Virus genome (UHGV): UHGV-1367746
DNA from: a virus
Length of the DNA: 39,184 nucleotides
Strand: one strand, 5' to 3'
Positions 9,201 through 17,182 of the stretch are shown piece after piece (the first letter of the stretch is position 1; every line of letters starts with the position of its first letter). Position numbers and translations under genes: made by a program. A model generated the notes under the pieces. That model was not told the DNA's origin, did not search any database, and worked only from the letters and a program-made list of their open reading frames with translations.

Positions 9201-10115
9201 CTGAGCACCAATCCCTGCCTTGGCCTTCTCTTGGTCCAACTTCTGGTTCTCAAGCGCCAAGTTAATAAGCTCGGTCAGGTTCTGAGGTGAGCCACCAGTA
9301 ATGACCCCGTAATACTGAGGAAGAACTCCAGCGTTACGAATCTGGTCCAGCTCCTCACGAGACCACTTATGGTTGTTCCATCGCGTCGGGTTGAACACAT
9401 CGCCAATGACATCCAGTGAGTCCTCAGTCTGACCAGCGCGGATAGCCACGCCGACCATAGAGTTCTTCACTTCAGCTTCTGTAGCCGCACCAAAACCAAA
9501 CCACGTAGAGCGGTCTTCTCGCTCCTGCATGGTCTTGCCAGTAGATTTATAGAACATCTCACCGAACGATTCGTTTGGAGCTTCAGGTGCTTGACCCTCA
9601 ATATTCAGACCAGCAGCGGTCGGAAGGTTCTCACCCAGAGCTGCTTTAGGTTTAGCCTTGAGTCCTTCCGTGAGTGCGTCAAATACGTTAGCGCTTACTG
9701 GTGGAGTCTTTGGGCTAATGCCATTGAGTGCTCGTGCGACTCCCTTCTGATAGACTTCAGGGTCGTACCGGGAGCCTGTCTCATGGAAGCTGATAGCTTG
9801 AGCCAGAGAAGACAGGGTGTCAGGGTCCGATAGGTCGAGACTCTGGGTAGCTGGAATACCAGTTGCAGCCACCACTGAGTCAATATAAGCCTTAGTGTCG
9901 TTCTCGTTAGGAGGTGCCCATCGGTTGATAATCTTCTCGATGGAGTCATAACCTCGGCGACCGTAGGACAGCAGGTTTTTACCTAAAGCTCGGACGCCAG
10001 ACTCTGGACTATCGAAGGTGACGAATGCGCCATCATCTCCAGTCATTCCTTCCCATTGGTCCTTACTTACCCGGATGTTACCCGGATTGTTATTGCGAAT
10101 ACCACGAGTCGCCAT
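6228..10115 (-). CDS. Internal virion protein D (gp16-like) with non-SLT N-terminal domain
   Basis: 1295 aa; long colinear similarity to T7 gp16 from about residue 200 onward (GA.L.AG.IGAGVDPL.YVP, RLEARETARN, VRSPTGMQSGASGK, NPA.FG, GTYVPHVY, SRPEVK.RVDE, GDIAIMG.TGKTTKE, RSPWTK.LNGTTNYLLDA); N-terminal about 190 aa unlike T7 transglycosylase domain. Confidence 0.9.
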   Translation of the reverse strand: MATRGIRNNNPGNIRVSKDQWEGMTGDDGAFVTFDSPESGVRALGKNLLSYGRRGYDSIEKIINRWAPPNENDTKAYIDSVVAATGIPATQSLDLSDPDTLSSLAQAISFHETGSRYDPEVYQKGVARALNGISPKTPPVSANVFDALTEGLKAKPKAALGENLPTAAGLNIEGQAPEAPNESFGEMFYKSTGKTMQEREDRSTWFGFGAATEAEVKNSMVGVAIRAGQTEDSLDVIGDVFNPTRWNNHKWSREELDQIRNAGVLPQYYGVITGGSPQNLTELINLALENQKLDQEKAKAGIGAQLAAGVIGAGVDPLTYVPIAGQVGKGGKLVNKMFTVAAQSGALAGVSEMARTSVAGGDAHVAEAILGGALFGGGMTAIADGLGRALGRNTNEFAGPATRLEARETARNVDGQDLSRLPIQEGEETFSHQGVKLADVPNEPGSVRLEDGSILIGENPLNPKTRKVFDEVIEPERAAAGVNLGGLTEIGLKLLRSENPEIRGVAADLVRSPTGMQSGASGKIGTTASDVFERLRAVDHRFYNDIDDAVTEALKDPYFQTAFWRDSGAFRQDIYQRVSMAIEDGSGNLKAELTPGELKVYDLLKNQFDAKREMMENPAMFGRPDAQSIFPGSRFKGTYVPHVYSNQMKELYIKELGSPEALQEAIKKSWLTSYASRPEVKKRVDEALLEADPTLTPEGLAAAVDKYANDKAYGISHTEQFERSSVMEENINGLVGLENNSFLEARNLFDSDMSIVLPNGQTFSVNNLREWDMDKIVPAYNRRVNGDIAIMAGTGKTTKEMKDLVETMMNKAGDDGKLKGEVSTLRDTLKILTGRARRDGADDAAFATVMRTMTDLSFFAKNAYMGVQNLTEIGGMLARGNVRAMLHGVPIFRDLAFRNKKVGASEIKDLHNVIFGKELDDSIRPSKQDVIDRLRSYSDLGRGTATALGTAKYYTGELAVRSPFTKVLNGTTNYLLDAGRQGFLSDIVEHSLTGSKRKFDDRWLKTAGISDEQWKGIKSLIRESVTRGPDGKYTIKDKRAFSQDPRAMDLWRMGDTIADETLLRPHKLSNMDAKAYGPLAKTVLQFKNFVIKSINGRTMRTFYNATKNNRAMDAALSTVMSMGLAGIYYMAQAHVKAYAMQDGRDREYLKQALDPTMIGYAALSRSSHLGGPLGVANILGGIAGYEDTKMLRSSILPRSPTEKPERAIAYGAATSDPVMNVVGNFLEQVPAFGYAANVGASAYNLAGYLKADTRVNERDYMTGMYNTFRELVPNDPITQKLLLGTFEEQGIHIKD

Positions 10116-10120
10116 TATGT

Positions 10121-12403
10121 TTACTCCTTACCGATTAGTACGTTTGCGATACCCTCCAGTGAGACGTCATTGTACATCCCACCGCGCTTCTCGATGTCGG
10201 CCTCTCGGTCAGCTCGACGTTTATCACCAGCAGCTTTAGTCCCGACGATACGCGCTCGCTTGTTAGCGTCACGTTCTGCCTGAGCGTATGCGGCATCCTG
10301 TGCCTTCTGCTGTTGTTCGCGGTAGAGTTTACCTACAAGTTCTTTATCGTAGCGAATACGAATAGTACCTGTAGCGTCTTGGAGGAAGATAGAGCCGTTC
10401 TGTTCAACAACGGACAACTGAGAGTTCACTACCCAAGGGTTGGCCTTAATGAGCTGCTTACGGGCGGTGTCGATAATGTCTCGACCTACCTGCCACGACT
10501 CAGGGTTATCCCCGACCATAAGCTGGTGCTTGGACACCATGCCGATGGACTTACCGTCAGAGCCTTCAGACTGGAACGTTACGGTATTTTCATTCAGCCA
10601 TCGTTGAGTCTGCTGAGTTGCAGCGTCAGCGTTACCTGTACGATAGTACCATGAGTCCCAGACCTTACGAGCACTTGAGTCCAGAGACGTAGGAAGACGC
10701 GAAAGGTCCTTATTCCGAGAGTCGTTCTTCAACTCCTGCCACGCCTTGTCTGACTCCATGCGCATCTCACGGCTTTGACTTGCAGCTTGCTTATCAGCTT
10801 CAATCATCGTCTGAGGGTCCAGACCCATCTTGTCCATCTGGTCGAACGTAGAGAACAACTGAGCTTGGTCAGGATACAGAGCAGCGAAACTTGAAGGGTC
10901 CTGAGTGTAGGCACGACGAAGAGACTCGAAGCGCTTCATCTTGTCTGGGTCGTACTGTCCACGGATGACCGCAGCTTGCCACTCACCAGCAGCGTCCTGA
11001 GTAAGCGTCTGGAAGGCATTACGGAACGGACCGTTGTTAGTGTCAGCTCTTAACAATGCCACCTTCTGAGCGTCCTTAGCAGCCTCAGGGATGTCCATCT
11101 GGTCAATCTGCTGTAGCTTGGCAGACGCATAGTTGTTCATGTCTGAACGCTTGAACTCTCCTGTAGCTTCAGAGACCGGAAGGTCCTCATAGTTGGTGGA
11201 CACGTTGTCCCCAGCCAGACGTCGCTGATAAACTTGGTCGATGACCAGTTGCTTGTTCTGGGTCTGGATTAACTTAGTGTTCTCCTTTGCCTGTTCAGCA
11301 GACTTACGCTTGACCGCTTCCAGTAAGCTGGCTTCGGCATTAATAAGCATCTGACGCTGAGGAGTGAGTTCTTCACCCGGCTGAAGCAGGTTGTTCTGCT
11401 CCTTGAGTTTCTGAATCTGGGCAAGACCAATGGTTGGGTCATCCTGAAGAATCGCAGACTGAACGCCTAACGCTAAGTCTTCCTGATACTTAGCCACCAG
11501 CTTGTACTCAGTTCCTTGTGCCTCAACAATAGCAGCGTTGAAGACATCAGGTCCTACAATCTCTTCGACTGTAGCGTCCACACCGTTAAGGGTTATTCGC
11601 TCGCCTCGTACTTGCTGTAGGAAGTTTGAGCCTCCTGACTTCTGGATTGCGTCACGGACCGTCTGGGTGATGACCTCTCGTGCTCTCTGGTCCGAAGGTA
11701 TAGCAGCAGTCGTCAGTCCATCCCGAAGGTAGGCCATGAAGGTCTTTCCAGACTCAGGCGAACGCATCAGGTCCCCATCGTTAAGGAACGAGTTCAACTC
11801 AATACGAGTGTTCAACATTGCTGTCTCTTCAGACTGCTTGCTGAAATACTTATTGAAGGACCCGTAGATAGCGATGTTTCGGTCCGTGATGTTATCGTTG
11901 AATCCACGCTGGAAGAACTCGTCGGTAGGGTTAATACCTGCCTCTTCAGCATAGGACTTAGCGGCATCCTGAAGTCGCTGGTGGCGATATTCTTCCATTT
12001 CCTGACGTGTGCGGAACTCACCGTTCTGAATCTTAACGTTAATCTCGTCGTCTACAGCAAAGGCAGCATTACGACCAGTCTTGACTCGAAGTGCTTCCAT
12101 AGCGTAAGGGTCATCCTGATACAGCAATGTGCCATTCTGGATAGCCTCACGTCTCTGCTGAGGTGTCAACTTACGGATAATCTCGTTAGACCGCTCGTCA
12201 GCTCTGGTCTTCTCATCGTCCTTGAACTGCTTGTACAATCCTGTCCCAGACTCAACGAAGTTAGTTAACGCACGAGCCAGACCGGAGTCACCAGTTGGAG
12301 CCTGAACGCTGGCTGCTTGATAGTTGACGGCGATAGTTTTACCCGGCGCTCTGCCACGACCCATAGTCCGATTAGCCAGAGCTGATTCAATATTACTAGC
12401 CAT
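10121..12403 (-). CDS. Internal virion protein C (gp15-like)
   Basis: 760 aa; similarity to T7 gp15 (ERSNEIIRKLTP.QRREA..NGTLLYQDDPYAMEALRVKTGRNAA, EEMEEYRH.RLQ); synteny. Confidence 0.85.
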   Translation of the reverse strand: MASNIESALANRTMGRGRAPGKTIAVNYQAASVQAPTGDSGLARALTNFVESGTGLYKQFKDDEKTRADERSNEIIRKLTPQQRREAIQNGTLLYQDDPYAMEALRVKTGRNAAFAVDDEINVKIQNGEFRTRQEMEEYRHQRLQDAAKSYAEEAGINPTDEFFQRGFNDNITDRNIAIYGSFNKYFSKQSEETAMLNTRIELNSFLNDGDLMRSPESGKTFMAYLRDGLTTAAIPSDQRAREVITQTVRDAIQKSGGSNFLQQVRGERITLNGVDATVEEIVGPDVFNAAIVEAQGTEYKLVAKYQEDLALGVQSAILQDDPTIGLAQIQKLKEQNNLLQPGEELTPQRQMLINAEASLLEAVKRKSAEQAKENTKLIQTQNKQLVIDQVYQRRLAGDNVSTNYEDLPVSEATGEFKRSDMNNYASAKLQQIDQMDIPEAAKDAQKVALLRADTNNGPFRNAFQTLTQDAAGEWQAAVIRGQYDPDKMKRFESLRRAYTQDPSSFAALYPDQAQLFSTFDQMDKMGLDPQTMIEADKQAASQSREMRMESDKAWQELKNDSRNKDLSRLPTSLDSSARKVWDSWYYRTGNADAATQQTQRWLNENTVTFQSEGSDGKSIGMVSKHQLMVGDNPESWQVGRDIIDTARKQLIKANPWVVNSQLSVVEQNGSIFLQDATGTIRIRYDKELVGKLYREQQQKAQDAAYAQAERDANKRARIVGTKAAGDKRRADREADIEKRGGMYNDVSLEGIANVLIGKE

Positions 12404-12414
12404 TAGTCCTCCTC

Positions 12415-13002
12415 TTAGCTATGACCTGTAGGTGTGCCTTTAGCAGCACTAATAGGTGCAGAACCACCAGAGCTTGAAGTCCCGGCGATAGACTTACCAG
12501 CAGCGTATCCCTGCATCCCGGCGCTGGCAACATTAAGTGCATGAGCCAGTGGGCTGGTCTTGATGATTCTACCTTGACCACGGATAGCAGACTTTGTGTT
12601 CTCAATGTTGGCGATACGGTTCCCGAAGATAGCCGCATAATCGCGGTTGTAACTTTCGGTAATCCCTGCTCGCTCTTTGACTGTATCTCCTTCTACCTGA
12701 CGTTCAATCCTGTCCATAGAGTTACCTTCCAGTCCGGACTCAGCCACCGCAGCTCGGACCATGCCCTGATTGCGGATACCGTTGAGCGTGGTCTCTGTCA
12801 GTTCAGCCATCTGCTGCTCCTTCAGGTCTCGCTCCTGCATCTTCAGGTTGGCGTCAGAGTAGTTCATCTGCTTAACCATTTCCTGAGCCTGTCGGTTCTG
12901 AGCGTCAATTGCTGCACCTTCGGCCTTGGCCTGCTGGGATGCGGACATAGTGGCCCCGGCTACAGCCATGATACCCATGCCGATACTTACGGGTTCACAC
13001 AT
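12415..13002 (-). CDS. Internal virion protein B (gp14-like)
   Basis: 195 aa; starts MC like T7 gp14; motifs LEGSSMDRI, NYRRDY.AIF, API.AAKGT.TG; synteny. Confidence 0.85.
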   Translation of the reverse strand: MCEPVSIGMGIMAVAGATMSASQQAKAEGAAIDAQNRQAQEMVKQMNYSDANLKMQERDLKEQQMAELTETTLNGIRNQGMVRAAVAESGLEGNSMDRIERQVEGDTVKERAGITESYNRDYAAIFGNRIANIENTKSAIRGQGRIIKTSPLAHALNVASAGMQGYAAGKSIAGTSSSGGSAPISAAKGTPTGHS

Positions 13003-13457
13003 ACGTCCTCCTTAGAGATAGTGAATAATTGAAAACGCTCACCAGTTACCGGGCTGATAGTCCAATCATCATGGAACTTAGCCCCAAGCAACTTCAAGAA
13101 TTTAATGTGAGACTTATTGCCTGACCACACGTAGTTCCAGATGGTCCCGTATTGGTCTAACATTAAGTCCCTGTACTCAGAGATACGCTTTATGAACTCT
13201 CGCTTCTCTTTAGGTCTCAGCTTGTGGACCAGACCAGAAGTCAAGAACCATACGTTATCCCCTTGGTTTCCACCATAGGCAAACACTTCACCTACACCGT
13301 TCGTTAAAACCACAGATGATGGGGATAGGTGCTTAAGCAGTCTCTCAGAGAGACCCACGGTTGACCCATAGTTTGCTTTGCACTCATTAACATCATCTGC
13401 TGAAAGATGCCACAGAAAGTAGTGGACATCTGGTTCCGTAGCCTTGCGAATATACAT
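12987..13457 (-). CDS. Internal virion / assembly protein (gp13-like by position)
   Basis: 156 aa ORF between tail tubular B and gp14 homologs, preceded by phage promoter; assignment by synteny only. Confidence 0.6.
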   Translation of the reverse strand: MYIRKATEPDVHYFLWHLSADDVNECKANYGSTVGLSERLLKHLSPSSVVLTNGVGEVFAYGGNQGDNVWFLTSGLVHKLRPKEKREFIKRISEYRDLMLDQYGTIWNYVWSGNKSHIKFLKLLGAKFHDDWTISPVTGERFQLFTISKEDVCVNP

Positions 13458-13486
13458 AAAGTCTCCTTATAACCTTAAGGGCCTAT

Positions 13487-13509
13487 AGTCCCTATAGTGA
13501 TAGTTAAGG
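13487..13509 (-). promoter_or_regulatory. Phage RNAP promoter (phi13-like), +1 at 13492
   Basis: Minus-strand CCTTAACTATCACTATAGGGACT; flanked by 12-bp inverted repeat aagggcctatag / ctataggccctt. Confidence 0.75.
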
Positions 13510-13533
13510 TAAATCTATAGGCCCTTCAATAAG

Positions 13534-15891
13534 TTAGACGGAACGAGCTTTCTTAGCGTATGACGCCTCCCAGCCACACCCAACGATTGACACTGGGGTA
13601 GGATAGTCGGACTCTAAGGTTAGACTCGTGGTTAATGCGTTACCATTCATAGCGAAGCGATACTGCCCGTCACCAATGTTTGTAGTCCCGATGGTTTGCT
13701 GACCAAGGGTGTACCCGTTGAAGGTATTCACGAACTCCCGCTCACCATTTCTGACAATGAGTCTCAGAGCGCCAGTGTCTTTGTAGTTGACCCAAGCCCG
13801 ACGAAGCTGTAGACGACCAGTGTCTTCCGACTGAGTGCCCCTATCATCTTCAATCTTAATCAGGAACCGTGAGAACTTGTAGGACATCAGATAGGGCCGT
13901 CCGATGAACACTGTGCGTCCTGACCAATCGCCGTTGAGGGTAACCACAGTAGAGATACTAGTCAAGTCCCCAAGGTCCACATAAGCACCCTGACTGTCAA
14001 TCAGATAGTACCGACCGGGAGACGGAGCGTTGCCACCATAAGCAGCACCAATGTCAACCGTAGTCTTATGTGTGTCAACGTTGTATGAGCCAATTGGTAT
14101 TACCATAGACACCTTGGAGTCAACGTGGAGTCTATACGGCTCTAATGGAAAGTCAGTTGCCTCCTTGATGAACTTAAGGTGCTCAAGGTCCACGCCGCCT
14201 TGGTGCTGACGAACAATGAACATGGTAGAGCCAATCGACGCAGACGCCAGAATCTTATCAGCTTTAGGGAACTCCCAGTGCGACCAAGAGGCTTGAAGCT
14301 GTATGCCGTCCTTAAACAAGAACTTGTAGAGGTAGATTCGGTTGTATGAACCTGTAGAGTTGACGCAGATGTAGTTCTCAGTCCCTGTTCCCTGAATGTC
14401 AAACACCCCGTTAGGGATATAGGACAGTACGTGACCAGTGGTATCATCGGCATCCTTCACGTCAGACACATCTGCTACAGCGAAGTATCGCTTAATGCTG
14501 GTGAATGACCCACGAGGTGCTGAGAAGAAGACTGAGCGTCCTACAGCGAACGGTCGGGCATTATCTCCTAAGGCAAACTCTGAGCCTACATCAAGCTGGA
14601 TAGACTTCGAGGTAAGGACCCCTGAGCTTGTCATCACGAACTGCACCTCATCTGACCAAAGTAGTAGCTGCTCGCTAAACGGAACGGCATACTTAAGGAT
14701 TGAGATTCTAGGGTGACTTACAGCTACGTCAATAGGATCATCATCACCTAATGTCGCCACACTCTTAGGGAAGAACGCAAAGTAGCTGGCTGAACGGCTC
14801 ATGATTACGTTCTCGCCTGACAAGAACCCCAGCCTATTCCTGTAGAAGAACACATCGTTAATTGTAGCATCCACGAAGCTAGGCATAGGGTTTGTGTCAT
14901 CATTACCAGCACCACGATTAGACCAGTCCAGAGTCTTGAACTCAAAGGAGCCATCAGGCTGTCTGACCAGAGCATGTGGCATTGTGGTGGCATCGAAACC
15001 AGTGACAACTCCCGGCTCCACTGTCTCCTTCCACGTCTTAGTGTTGGAGTCATACATCACGTAGTATTCATCGGCGCTACTGTTTGTCTCACCTTGAATC
15101 TTAATGATATACCCATTAGGAGCTGCAAGAGGTAGTTTAGAGATTGTCTGCACAGTGTCTAGGACTGGGCTTATTAGCTGGTTAGCGTAGCCATCCTCCG
15201 TCTCCACTGAGTTAATGTCAGTCCCTGAAGGAGCTGTGATTAGCAGGAATCCAGACCCAAGGTCGAACGTGAAGGTAGGGTAAGCAGCAACAAGAAGGTC
15301 TCTCAGAGCCGCACCGATAGCCTGAGCATCAACCTTAGGAGGGTCATTCTCGGCATCATTACCTGCTGGCAACTTATGCTCTACCTTAACGCCTCCATTT
15401 ATTCCTACCTTAAGGGTGCGACCATACTGTCCACCACGCAGGTTAATTAAAGCACGAGCTTTACGATTATAACCAGAGTGTGCCTTCTCGCTCCCACCTT
15501 TGACGACAACCTTACGGTTAACGACGAACGTATAGTCTGCCACGGTAACGACACGGATGTCATCTCGTGGGTTGGAGGACTTAACGTAATCTACCGCACC
15601 GGACACTGAGTATTGATTGCCACTCAAGTCAACTACCTGAATGTTGGACCCATTGAACACGATGTAATACTGCTCATGCTCGTCACGGTTAATCAGGTGG
15701 AACTTAGGGTTACTCCCAACGTCGATGTTAAGACGTCTCTTGAAGACTGTAGGTGGGCGCTTCTGGAGGCCATCACTCTCGGATGACCAGCAGTTAACCT
15801 GTGCCTCGCCTTGGTCTGAGAACCTCAGTATATCAGGCTGCTGGCTAATGCCACCTTTAAGGTTCTTGATTGATTGAGTAATTAGTGGCAT
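13534..15891 (-). CDS. Tail tubular protein B (gp12-like)
   Basis: 785 aa; strong similarity to T7 gp12 (SQSIKNLKGGISQQPDILR, GLQKRPP, HLINRDEHEQYY, RMVTVADYTF.VNR, LRRAWVNY, GCGWE). Confidence 0.95.
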   Translation of the reverse strand: MPLITQSIKNLKGGISQQPDILRFSDQGEAQVNCWSSESDGLQKRPPTVFKRRLNIDVGSNPKFHLINRDEHEQYYIVFNGSNIQVVDLSGNQYSVSGAVDYVKSSNPRDDIRVVTVADYTFVVNRKVVVKGGSEKAHSGYNRKARALINLRGGQYGRTLKVGINGGVKVEHKLPAGNDAENDPPKVDAQAIGAALRDLLVAAYPTFTFDLGSGFLLITAPSGTDINSVETEDGYANQLISPVLDTVQTISKLPLAAPNGYIIKIQGETNSSADEYYVMYDSNTKTWKETVEPGVVTGFDATTMPHALVRQPDGSFEFKTLDWSNRGAGNDDTNPMPSFVDATINDVFFYRNRLGFLSGENVIMSRSASYFAFFPKSVATLGDDDPIDVAVSHPRISILKYAVPFSEQLLLWSDEVQFVMTSSGVLTSKSIQLDVGSEFALGDNARPFAVGRSVFFSAPRGSFTSIKRYFAVADVSDVKDADDTTGHVLSYIPNGVFDIQGTGTENYICVNSTGSYNRIYLYKFLFKDGIQLQASWSHWEFPKADKILASASIGSTMFIVRQHQGGVDLEHLKFIKEATDFPLEPYRLHVDSKVSMVIPIGSYNVDTHKTTVDIGAAYGGNAPSPGRYYLIDSQGAYVDLGDLTSISTVVTLNGDWSGRTVFIGRPYLMSYKFSRFLIKIEDDRGTQSEDTGRLQLRRAWVNYKDTGALRLIVRNGEREFVNTFNGYTLGQQTIGTTNIGDGQYRFAMNGNALTTSLTLESDYPTPVSIVGCGWEASYAKKARSV

Positions 15892-15900
15892 AGGCCCTCC

Positions 15901-16128
15901 TTAAATCATACTCATTAGGACGTATCCTTCAGCGATGTCACCAACGTCAGCAATGTGGACAACCTTACGCGCTACCTGTTGTCCAGTATACCCGTTGTCC
16001 CATTCATTCAGGATAAGCCAATCGCCAACCTTAAAGTCCCGGTCGTTAAGTCTCAGCTCTGCTGTCTTTAGACCTAGCTGTACCGGACCAAAGTGCTGGC
16101 GGTGAATCTTCAGGTTGTGACTAGCCAT
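15901..16128 (-). CDS. DUF3850 / ASCH-like small protein (accessory gene between tail tubular A and B)
   Basis: 75 aa; pattern H.LKI....F..V..G.KT.E.R.NDRDF.VGD.L.L.E.D...YTG matches my recollection of DUF3850 proteins; no T7 counterpart at this locus. Confidence 0.6.
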   Translation of the reverse strand: MASHNLKIHRQHFGPVQLGLKTAELRLNDRDFKVGDWLILNEWDNGYTGQQVARKVVHIADVGDIAEGYVLMSMI

Positions 16129-16694
16129 TAGTCCCTCCCGATGTCTGACATCATGTTGTAGCGACCAGTGTCCATCTCGTACTCCATAACCTGCTGATAG
16201 AGTTCTGCTTCCTGCTCACGAAGGTATAGCTCTGACTCTGGGCTACCGAAGAACTTAGCGTTGAACTCACGGCTAGCTTTAGTGACGATGTAGTCCCTGA
16301 AGACCACAGGCATCTCGGAGAATGGCTTCATCTCCACAAGCTCTACCGTGATAGGGGCAGTGAAAGTGGTTGACTGAGTGGACAGGTCGTACAGGTATCC
16401 ACCCATGTTGCTGTAGTAGCTGGTGGCCCCAGCAGTCATTACACGAAGGTATGACGGAAGGAATCGAATCCTATTGTCTTGGACATCAGGTGTCAGGACA
16501 GCAGCTTCGTTGATGTTAAAGTTCCAGCCTTTAGCTTGGACCTGACGATTGACACGATGCAGTATACGTTGAGCGTTCGAGACATCAGCGTTCCCCTCGT
16601 CAAGCTGTAGGACTGCTGGTTCACCGATAGCAGCTAACATATCGTTGATGGCGTCTAAGTCATCGTTAGCATTCAGTGGAATGTATTGAGCCAT
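16128..16694 (-). CDS. Tail tubular protein A (gp11-like)
   Basis: 188 aa; similarity to T7 gp11 (IGEP, NA.RIL...NRQ.Q..GW.FN, EMP..FR.YIVTKASR.FN..FFG.PE, MEYEMD.G.YNM). Confidence 0.9.
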   Translation of the reverse strand: MAQYIPLNANDDLDAINDMLAAIGEPAVLQLDEGNADVSNAQRILHRVNRQVQAKGWNFNINEAAVLTPDVQDNRIRFLPSYLRVMTAGATSYYSNMGGYLYDLSTQSTTFTAPITVELVEMKPFSEMPVVFRDYIVTKASREFNAKFFGSPESELYLREQEAELYQQVMEYEMDTGRYNMMSDIGRD

Positions 16695-16696
16695 TA

Positions 16697-17128
16697 CTAA
16701 TCTCCTTTAAGGTAGCGTATAGCGTTTGCAATATGCTCTGGATTCTCACTTAGGAGTCCTATGGCACAGTTGCACCTCTGACAAAGCACGCCTCGTATTT
16801 CACCAGTGGAGTGACTGTGGTCTACAGCCAGTGTTCTACCAGATGTCTCTACTGTTCGCGAGCAAATCTCACAGGCCCAACCACGAGACTCCATAAGGGA
16901 GAACCACTCGTCATATGTCATACCGAACGAGCTTTTAAGTTGGTAGCCTTTAAGTCTTTCCGCTGAGTATCGTGATTTGTTGGGAGCTTCCTCTCGTATG
17001 GCAGCCTGCCTTGAGTTCTCGCACTCTCGGCATCTGCTTCTGTATTTCTGTGTGCCCTTACATGTCCTGCCATTTGGCGTGAAAGACCCCAAGTCCTTCT
17101 CCGTGTGGCATCCTATACATACCTTCAT
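16697..17128 (-). CDS. HNH homing endonuclease (free-standing), immediately downstream of Tphi-like terminator
   Basis: HNH motif DHSHSTGEIRGVLCQRCNCAIG plus N-terminal Cys cluster; start placed at ATG 17128 with GGAGG 4 nt upstream because the longer ORF (to 17182) would run through the terminator hairpin. Confidence 0.8.
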   Translation of the reverse strand: MKVCIGCHTEKDLGSFTPNGRTCKGTQKYRSRCRECENSRQAAIREEAPNKSRYSAERLKGYQLKSSFGMTYDEWFSLMESRGWACEICSRTVETSGRTLAVDHSHSTGEIRGVLCQRCNCAIGLLSENPEHIANAIRYLKGD

Positions 17129-17138
17129 TAATCCTCCG

Positions 17139-17176
17139 AAAAAAAACCCCTCAAGCACCCGAAGGCACCCAAGGGG
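17139..17176 (-). terminator. Tphi-like terminator for phage RNAP (also intrinsic-terminator-like)
   Basis: Minus RNA CCCCUUGGGUGCC-UUCG-GGUGCUUGAGGGG followed by U8; closely resembles T7 Tphi (AACCCCTTGGGGCCTCTAAACGGGTCTTGAGGGGTTTTTTG) and sits right after the 10B stop. Confidence 0.8.
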
Positions 17177-17182
17177 TTTCAA

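Noticed and set aside
12396-12638. 80-aa minus-strand ORF overlapping gp14 and gp15 genes
   Set aside because: Entirely embedded in alternative frames of two conserved virion protein genes; no independent support.
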